DNA from: Octopus vulgaris
Taxonomy: Eukaryota
DNA: 64,000 nucleotides
Assembly: GCA_951406725.2 (NCBI GenBank)
Contig: OX597823.1
Span: forward strand, 9,796,001 to 9,860,000
Direction: 5' to 3'
This document shows positions 54,809-64,000 of the stretch, piece by piece. Under the pieces are notes generated by a model that was not told where the DNA came from, made no database searches, and saw nothing but the letters and a program-made list of their open reading frames with translations. The translations under genes were made by a program, and so were the position numbers. Numbering within the stretch: the first letter of the stretch is position 1; each line of letters begins with the position of its first letter.

Positions 54809-55247
54809 GTTAATAATAATGACAAGAAGAAGGATAACAAAAACAACAACGACATTATTATTATTATTATTATTAATAATAATCATTAATAATGTAATCG
54901 TGTTCAATACACTCTAATTCACAGAATATTCAAACGTATAATCAGATGGCTTTAAAGCAGATAGATAAACAATTAAATGAAGTTTCGGTGCTTAGTCGAA
55001 ATGGCAATCCGTGGGATTGGATAATAATGGTACTACAGTTTTAATAACTACAATGCACTTCTATGTAATTGATTTATTCGCAAATTACACCCGCCTATGA
55101 AGCGACTTGCCTTACTCAAGCAGCTGAAGACTATACATGTGTATATCTGAAATTGTATTCTCTAATGAATCTGATTTGACGAACTGATAAATTTTTAAAA
55201 TACCAATGGAACGCATGATCGGCAGGCTCTGTAATATTACAATACAT

Positions 55248-55603
55248 TGGAAGCACTCCGTCGGTTACGACGATGAGGGTTCCGGTTGATCAGAATCAAC
55301 GGAACAGCCTGCTCGTGAAATTAACGTGTACCCTTAACGTAGTTCTCGGGAATATTCAGCGTGACACAGAGAGTGACAAGGCCGGCCCTTTGAAATACAG
55401 GTACAACAGAAACGGGAAGTAAGAGTGAGAGAAAGTTGTGGTGAAAGAGTACAGCAGGGATCACCACCATCCCCTGCCGGAGCCTCATGGAGCCTTAGGT
55501 GTTTTCGCTCAATAAACACTCACAACGCCCGGTCTGGGAATCGAAACCGCGATCCTATGACCGCGAGTCCGCTGCCCTAACCACTGGGCCATTGCGCCTC
55601 CAC
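55248..55603 (-). mobile_element. SINE family A with a 29-bp internal deletion
   Basis: 13-bp TSD TATTACAATACAT at 55235-55247 and 55604-55616. The deletion lies between ACGTGTA direct repeats near 55324-55330. Confidence 0.9.
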
Positions 55604-56323
55604 TATTACAATACATACAAGTTATATGTCTGTGTATGCATAATCTAAGTCTTTGAGTAACGTTCGGTAGGAAAACATGAAACAGTGTCAGAGATTGTAA
55701 GGAAGTTACAGGCTATGTAACAGCTATTGATACTATCCAAAAAGAGTTTTCTCCACTGACGTGTTGAACGTTTCTGTTTCCAGAACTAGAAAAGCAGAAA
55801 TTTATTCTTTTTAACCCCTGATGCTTAAAAATTACGAAGAATTTTGTATTGTATTTTAATACATATGGGAAAAGTAACTGATTACAAAAATAATTCATTT
55901 ACAGTAATTACGGAAAATAGAGTAATATGTTAATAAAATAAAACATTCTTAATATATTTTTGTTTTGTATTTGTGTACTAATTATTTACACGTGCCTGTG
56001 AAAGTCAACTTGACCCACCTTTTAAATTTATTGGTTAATCTATTTCTTGGCAAATGAACATATCAGACCAACGTATTCTAAGGACTGACATCTTTTGAAA
56101 TAATTTATTTAAACTATAGTGGGATAATGCTGCTAATATTCTCATAAAAAGACAATGGAAAATTTTGTACAGGGTTCTTATTAACAAATTAAATAGAATT
56201 TAAAATGTTTCAAATATAGTTGAATTTGGATTTATATGTCATTTTATGTACAATACGATATTTCAATGTTTTGTCAACATCCGTTTCGTTTAAATTTTAT
56301 TGATACGAGATAAATACCTACAT

Positions 56324-56708
56324 GGGAAGCACTCCGTCGGTTACGACGATGAGGGTTCCGGTTGATCCGAATCAACGGAACAGCCTGCTCGTGAAATTAA
56401 CGTGTAAGTGGCTGAGCACTCCACAGACACGTGTACCCTTAACGTAGTTCTCGGGGATATTCAGCGTGACACAGAGAGTGACAAGGCCGGCCCTTTGAAA
56501 TACAGGTACAACAGAAACAGGAAGTAAGAGTGAGAGAAAGTTGTGGTGAAAGAGTACAGCAGGGATCACCACCATCCCCTGCCAGAGCCTCGTGGAGCTT
56601 TAGGTGTTTTCGCTCAATAAACACTCACAACGCCCGATCTGGAAATCGAAACCGCGATCCTACGACCGCGAGTCCGCTGCCCTAACCACTCGGCCATTGC
56701 GCCTCCAC
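56324..56708 (-). mobile_element. SINE family A, full length
   Basis: 13-bp TSD TAAATACCTACAT at 56311-56323 and 56709-56721. Confidence 0.92.
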
Positions 56709-57253
56709 TAAATACCTACATACGAACATTTTCAATCCATTTTAATCAGGTTTTTAATAATTCGTCTATTTATAGTTTAATTAAACTTCTTTATTTTCCT
56801 AAATTAAGGCAATATCGTTTTAAAAAATAAATCCCGCATCCCTTAATACTAAATGGCAAAATATTGGCAAATATTGTTCTTCCTTAGATTATGACAGGAC
56901 GTTCTTTACGAATTTATCATCACACATAAGCATGTAAAATAACATCAACATCAGGATGTTAAACCAAAATACCAGTTTAGGATTGAGTTTAGGATTGGTT
57001 CATCCACATATCTACCACATAAGTAAAATGTTTGTGTTGACTAAGCCACCATCTTAAGCGCAACAAGTAGTCCTCCCGTCCCAAAACTAATTTTCGATAT
57101 CAATCGTACCAGTGTACTAGGGCCTCTAAATGACGTTTCCTACGCTTTCTTCCAGTTACAATAGGTAAAAAAATAGTTTTATAACAAAGTCGTATAAAAT
57201 GTGGAACTATTAAAACATTAAACTCATGTTTCGAACCCTATTTTATAACTCAA

Positions 57254-57549
57254 CTAGCAGTATCGCCCGGCGTTTCTCGGGTTTGTAAGGGAAATAACTA
57301 TATAAGCATTTTAGAGAGTTACTTCCCTTATATAATAGCAAAACAATGCATTAAAAATGGGTAAAAATGATGGTAATTTTTTTAAAATCGTAGACTCATC
57401 GTAGACGCGCGCTAATACCCAGAAGGGCTCGATATGAATCACGACTATAAGATACCCACTTTTTGTTAAACTGCACCGCAAAATGTGGGAGTAGTTAGGA
57501 ATCTAAATCGTAGGAGACAGACACACAACTTCACTTTTAAATATAAAGA
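57254..57549 (-). mobile_element. Non-autonomous Helitron, shorter variant of 5814-6204
   Basis: Same TC...hairpin...CTAG termini at an A|T site. Lacks ~95 bp between CTCTAAAA direct repeats. Confidence 0.85.
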
Positions 57550-59074
57550 TATGAACGAAGGCAACTTGGGTATTATTTTGATTCTAATTCGAAGGAAAAA
57601 AAATCATTGTTCTGCTAAATTTATTGAAACGAAAAATTAACAAAAAAAATCTTTTAGTTTCCCCCCTCACATATGTAATACCCGGTAAAAAGAAAATCAA
57701 TATTTCATATACGTCTGTCATAAAATATTTTAATAAAACAATAAAAAAAACTTTGAAACGTTCTCCATATCAAATGGTATTTTTTCCTATTGTTGATTGA
57801 GACAAGATGAATATATTTTAATCTGGTATCTTTTTGACATTTCGGATTATTTGGGTATCAACTTTTGTTACAATTATTTACAAATATATCAGAGTGGTAA
57901 AATAAGGGGATATTCTGATGTCCTTGAAGTTATCGGCGATTATGATTTGAACTGATTTATTCTGTCAGTAAAAAAAAAAAATTATCTTTGATAAATTATT
58001 TTCCAATACACGAACTACGGAAATAGTTTTTAGCGTTTTCAGACATAACAGATCACAAATGATCAACATCTATATTTTTCCATGTGATGTTTGTAGTTTT
58101 TTTTTTTAATATCAATGATATTCCGTTTCAAAGGGTTTAAAACTAGACTTTTCCTATGAACTGTTTTGTGAAGTTCGTTATCTAATAAGACTTTAAATTT
58201 CAAAAGAAAATTCCCGCAGAAAATTGTTGAAAATAAAATTAAAATTCCATGATATGCACAACATGCCCATAAATAGATTGCAATATTCTTTCTCAATTTG
58301 AAAGATTAGAATTTAGTAATTAACATGTGTTTTTCGATAGTATGATTTAATATTTATTTCTTTTGTTCACTATTTTATAATTTTTTTTAATAAAAATGCA
58401 TTTATATCTATTCTACATCTAAACGTATCATAGTTGGTGTGTACATCTATATAATTTTAGTGCATAACTTTTCAATTCATTAAAGGTCTTTAACGTCTGT
58501 TTATTAATAGTTGTTTTGAGATGGGATAAAAACTAGTGAACACTATTTGAATCAGTTTATGTATCCTGGACAACACTAGAAAGTGAAAAGATGGAAGTAA
58601 TGTTTTCTACGCTTACAAATATATGTGAACGAATGCATATTTAAATAATCTGTCAGTAAATTTCCAATACTAATATTATCGGTGTATCTGTTATCGTGAA
58701 ACAACGCAAATATGATACCGTGGTATCTAGTATACTATATGTAATAAAGGTTATTCAAGGGCACACTAGTGATTTTTCCTCCAAAGAGCTTGTATATTCC
58801 GTACGTTGAGAATTTAAAAGTAAAAAAAATAAAGAAAAAAGAAAAGATACCAACGCATTGTATGAAGCAACGGAAATTAAATGCAGCCTCTAAAAAGTTA
58901 ATAGTAAAGAAACAAAAGAAAAAAAAAAGAGAAACGAATGTTTAAAATGGAAACAGTGAATGCATTTCCCAATAAAAAATACCAGAGAAATTGAAAACTC
59001 AATTTTATCTCTTTATTTACTCATACTTCTTTATATTTTTCATACATACATAAATTCATGCATACATACACACA

Positions 59075-59163
<89 letters not shown>

Positions 59164-59502
59164 CATACATATATATACATACATACATACATACATACAC
59201 GATCCTGACATTTGGGATAGTTTACTGGTGTGTAGAGGAAATGAACTCTATGAGCGTTAAAACACGCAAGCCATTGGAAATCTTCATAGATATAATGATA
59301 GCTACTGCCTCAATCTAAGAAGAGACTGAGGATGTAGAGGCTTCAGATCACTGTACACAGCCTTTGAATTTCAAATAATCTCTCTCAGACACCACTTATT
59401 AAATAACAACAGGAAAAATAAATACGTTAACTTAGTGCTGAAAAGTGAAGAGATCAAAATCCTGAGTGTCAGCAGCGAGATCCTAGGAATTATTCTCTCT
59501 CT

Positions 59503-59775
59503 GATGACCTCCGTAAAAGAGGGAATACAAAGGAGTGACAGAGAGAGAGAGGAGAAATGGAAAGAAAGGAAGAGACGTAAACAAGAGACTATAGCACTTC
59601 AACCAGCCAGGAACAGTCTTCGCTACATTTGCGGTACCTGCCAGAGGGAGTGTTTGTCCAGGATAGGACTACACAGCCACAGCAGGAAATGTATCAGGAC
59701 ATGAAACATAAAAGCCGGACTAGACTCATTCATGCGCAACTCCATTGTCTCCCGAGACAAAAAGGATGCCAATAC
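59503..59775 (+). mobile_element. 5'-truncated RTE-clade (BovB-like) LINE 3' end
   Basis: SVKEGI...ERKRRK...YICGTCQRECLSRIGLHSHSRKC (C2H2-like C-terminus) and 3' stem-loop TGTCTCCCGAGACA...GGATGCC. Confidence 0.8.
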
Positions 59776-59799
59776 AGATGACCTCCCATACAACCACAA

Positions 59800-60455
59800 A
59801 ACGGCCGAACTAATATACGTCAAAGAAGGCCCGGATATGGTACCCTCAGCATATCAAACAAATCCTATGCATAGATACGTTTCTCGATGATATACGGAGG
59901 ACAATGATATCGACGTGAAGCGTAGCATCTTTTGGTCTTCTGGCCGATATATTACATCATTCATCAAAGGCTATTCATTTGCAATCCAAGAATAGAAGAT
60001 TGCTACGAAATGCTTAATAAAGTAGAGACAGCGAAGCCCTTGGAGCGACAAAATGCAACCGGAATGTAGATTATATCGTAATTCTGTAGACGACATCATA
60101 CATGTTATTAGCAGTTCCACCAAAATATCATCAAAGTTCTACCACGCGGCACGATGTTATCGCAAGCACAGAATACAATGCAATTCGGAATAAATACAGA
60201 GAATACACCCGTTGTTAAATACATACCATAACATTAACACAAGGAATACTGGTGAGGCATTCCCATCAAAACATCGGTCAAGTGTAAACCTAATAGACTG
60301 GATATTGTTGTTTTGGACAGAAAAGATAATGTATGTGCCTTTATAGAGGTCAACGTTTTTGCTGATGGTAATATCTCCTTGCAAATCAAATTGAAATCTG
60401 ATGATTATGGACAACTGCTTCGAAAACTTCAAGTTTTTATATCCAGATTATATAT
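59800..60455 (+). mobile_element. Decayed RLE-type (R4-like) LINE fragment of a more distant lineage
   Basis: GYSFAIQE, CRLY...DDIIHVISS, RHDV, EYW*GIPIKTSVKCKPNRLDIVVLD...CAFIEV...DYGQLLRKLQ. Confidence 0.7.
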
Positions 60456-60456
60456 G

Positions 60457-60864
60457 CTCTTTACTCTTTACTCTTTTACTTGTTTCAGTCATTTGACTGC
60501 GGCCATGCTGGAGCACCGCCTTTAGTCGAGCAAATCGACCCCGGGACTTATTCTTTTGTAAGCCCAGTACTTATTCTATCGGTCTCTTTTCCCGAACCGC
60601 TAGGTTACGGGGACGTAAATACACCAGCATCGGTTGTCAAGCAATGCTAAGGGGACAAACACAGACACACAAACATACACACACACATATATATATATAC
60701 ATACATATATACGACGGCCTTCTTTCAGCTTCCGTCTACCAAATCCACTCACAAGGCTTTGGTTAGCCCGAGGCTATAGTAGAAGACACTTGCCCAAGAT
60801 GCCACGCAATGGGACTGAACCCGGAACCATGTGGTTGGTAAGCAAGCTACTTACCACACAGCCA
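60457..60864 (-). mobile_element. SINE family B, near full length
   Basis: Reverse complement of family B with a (CTCTTTA)n tail. Confidence 0.9.
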
Positions 60865-61547
60865 TATTTATTTCAATAATAATTGATGCAGTTAGTTTTC
60901 TGAGTAAATGCCTAAGTGACAATATAGATAAGTTTGGGTTTTCAAAAAATAAATCAACCAGCTAACTAGTAATTTACATTTACAATCTGTAGGTGTAAGA
61001 GTAAAAATATGCCAAACTTTCTTTAAGTATAAAGTGTTATATTATTTTTGTCAGGTTCCAGGAATGAAGCTTTGTATCTTTGTTACAATCCACCTCCTTC
61101 GGCGGAATTATTCAAATAATTAAGCATAAAAGAGAACGTACATACATACATACATACATACATACATAGATGTATATTAATATCTCGAAATTTTGTTGAA
61201 AAAGTTTTCTGAGGAGTTGGGAAGCGGAGTTTTGGAAAATTCACAAGACCCGAAATGTTCTCCCCTCATAACTTTCTGGAAAATAGGTATTTTATTAAAT
61301 GAAATTTTATACGAATACCTTTTAAACGGTGTAAATTATGATTACAAAGAAATTTGTAGGAAAAAGTTTTGGAAGTGGGTAGGGTGGATGGGTTTCTGGT
61401 AAACTGAGTCCCGAATCAGACGGCTCACATAAGTTGGAAATTCTCCATTTTGACGAGGATTTTTTCCAATGTTTTCCACCAAACTCATCAGAATGATGGA
61501 ATGCATTTTTTCCCGAGCAAAAAAAAAAAAGAAAAAAGAAAAAGTAT

Positions 61548-61712
61548 AGGCGCAGGAGTGGCTGTGTGGTAAGTAGCTTGCTAACCAACCACATGGTTCC
61601 GGGTTCAGTCCCACTGCGTGGCATTTGGGCAAGTGTCTTCTACTATAGCCCCGGGCCGACCAATGCCTTGTGAGTGGATTTGGTAGACGGAAACTGAAAG
61701 AAGCCTGTCGTA

Positions 61713-61746
<34 letters not shown>

Positions 61747-61988
61747 AGTGTGTGTGTGTATATGTTTGTGTGTCTGTGTTTGTCCCCCTAGCATTGCTTG
61801 ACAACCGATGCTGGTGTGTTTACGTTCCCCGTCACTTAGCGGTTCGGCAAAAGAGACAGATAGAATAAGTACTAGGCTTACAAAGAATGAGTCCCGGGAT
61901 CGATTTGCTCGACTAAATGCGGTGCTCCAGCATGGCCGCAGTCAAATGACTGAAACAAGTAAAAGAGTAAAAGAGTAAAGAGTAAAAG
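61548..61988 (+). mobile_element. SINE family B, full length
   Basis: Same head, internal microsatellite and (TAAAAGAG)n tail. Confidence 0.9.
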
Positions 61989-63460
61989 GAAGAAAAACAT
62001 TTGAAATTTCTTTTTTTACTCCCGCCACTCCCTCACCACCCTAGTCCGAATCTATTTTTGCCATTTGGATTTTTTTCACTACGCATTTAAGATCTGTGAG
62101 AGAAACATTTTCGGTTAAAACAAATTGATAATAATATCAGACGAAAATGTATGATTTAAGGGAGGTCTGGTTGTTGTTCCTAGCACATCACTAAACCCTC
62201 CCTCCTTGTTTCTTTCTCACTCACACATCTATTCATGTTTTGCAATATTTTTCTCCCCATAAACACATTTTATGGAATGCTGATTTCGAAGTAACGCGCG
62301 TGTAGTCCCAACCGAGCGAGGTCATATTATTTGTATGTAAGAAAAAAAATTTAAAAACATCTTTAGTGTTCATATTAATTTGTCAAATGTAATGCTTATT
62401 TGTTCACGTTATTTTGAATTATTCAGGTTCAAGAGAGGTATCCATAAACAGTTGCTTGTAACTTGGTGAATTTTTTATATACAGATTCGAAATTTTGTCA
62501 GTGGGTGCTTTATACACCAGTGGTTCATTACGTAATTTTGGCTGATCTTGTTAAGTAAATTTGATGTTACAGGCAGGTAAATTTAAATAACAGGTGTAAA
62601 AGCAATAACGCTAAAATTGAAATTCTTAATGCATCTTGTTTGATTTTTTTACTAAAATTATCCCGACAAAAATGTTGCCACTTTTCAAGATGAGGTATAT
62701 TAATTTTAATTAATTAAGATATGGTTATAATCGGTACAATATTTTATTATTTCGATAGATATTTCGTACCTCGGTGTGGAATAATGTTTTTCCACAGTTT
62801 TGTCGGCTACATTCAACGTATTTGACCTCCAAAACCGCTGAAAGCCACTTTTTTCCAGAAAAGAAAAGTGGAAGGAGCGATGGGGATCTCAAAGTTTCCC
62901 ACTAAGGAGGTTTTGTTTCGCATGTCTTTTTTTCTTTTTCAGGTTATTTTGCATGCTTTCAACGAATGTGACATCGAAATCACGCGTAAGCGGCTCCTTT
63001 TTCCAGAAAAGGGAAGAGTTGGCTGCTATTTCGAGAATGCCATGCTATCACGTAACAGCAATTTGTGTTCACACCGAAATATGTTCCAACTTTTTTCCTT
63101 CCATTTATTTTTTTTTTTTTCATTTTATGGAAGTCAATATTTTCTCTGTTCATATTTGCTTTTTCCCCAGTTCTGTGCTTTCTGGAAGAAAAACCCTCAC
63201 ATTATCTCAAGGCTACGAGAATTCATTAACGTGATTTGTTTATTTTTTAGGAAAGATTTCGTAGAAGAATTAGATAGAACGGGTTTTGCCCGGTTGAAAC
63301 ACTAAAGGATTAAAAATTGCCAAAACTGCAGAATCAATTTATTTGTCCTTTTTGAGGGCTTTAGAACACAAAAAACTATAGTTTTATTTATTTTAATTAT
63401 TTTTTGCTTTGAGTTACAAAATATTGATTTTGTAGTTTTAAATTTCAAAGAGCCTATATA

Positions 63461-64000
63461 CGAGGGGCGTTCAATAAGTAATGCCCCTGTCCCACTTCCC
63501 ATAGCAGTAGAGCAACGAAACTTGGCACAGTTATTAGTCTTTTTCTACAAAGGAACCACCCAGAGTTACGTATTTCTCCCATCGTTTGATGCAGCTCTGG
63601 AGACCGTTTTTGTAGAAGAACCCAGCTTGGTCCTCCAAACTCAAGGCTGCATCATCTAGGAAACGCTTTCCTTTCAAAAACAACTTCATGATTGGGAAGA
63701 GGTGAAAATCAGAGGGATCAAGGTCAGGAAAGTAGGGGGGATGGGGAGGAGTTCATAGCCATACGCCTGTGCTCCTGATCTGGCGACAAGCGAGTTGTGG
63801 ACCGGAGCGTTGTCCTGCAGGAGGAGGATGCCTTTGCTGATCTTGCCCCGCCTCTTGATTTTGATAACTTCTCTTAATTTCCTCAAAAGTGAAGCATAAT
63901 AGGCTCCTGCAATTGTGGTACCCTTTTCCAGGAAATCTGTCATCACTACTCCGTCCTGGTCCCAGAAAACTGTGAGCATGACCTTGCCAGCGGAGGGCTG
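63461..64000 (-). mobile_element. Mariner transposon 3' part (continues beyond window), frameshifted
   Basis: TA followed by TIR-like CGAGGGGCGTTCAATAAGTAATG. Transposase GKVMLTVFWD...LLLQDNAPVH...YELLP, then PDLDPSDFHLFP in a shifted frame. Confidence 0.9.

Noticed and set aside
61100-63440. AT-rich segments that look like MITE fragments (also 57560-58400)
   Set aside because: I could not identify matching TIRs, TSDs or a second copy in the window.

Overview
AT-rich, microsatellite-dense animal genomic DNA with no recognisable host exons, so probably intergenic or deep intronic. The tRNA-derived SINE repertoire suggests an octopus or other cephalopod (inference). Nearly all of it is mobile-element derived. 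It holds one near-intact, full-length Tx1-clade LINE (42613-48482) sitting inside a (TATC)n array, and several R4/Dong-type RLE LINE pieces, most abutting (TAA)n arrays. Penelope-like (Naiad-type GIY-YIG) relics and fold-back elements with minimal hammerhead-ribozyme motifs lie next to (TA)n. There are also CR1-like and RTE LINE 3' ends, three mariner elements, two non-autonomous Helitrons and at least four modular SINE families. The best leads are: (1) a possibly (TATC)n-specific Tx1 LINE whose 3' stem-loop is shared with the tandem-multimer SINE family C, a candidate Tx1-SINE pair; (2) minimal hammerheads with C:G, U:A and A:U pairs at core positions 3:8; (3) a Naiad-like fragment with TGA at a conserved Cys position, possibly selenocysteine; (4) apparent partitioning of microsatellite types among retroelement clades. 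Most short ORFs in the track are translated microsatellites or SINE read-throughs. Family labels A-E are my own.
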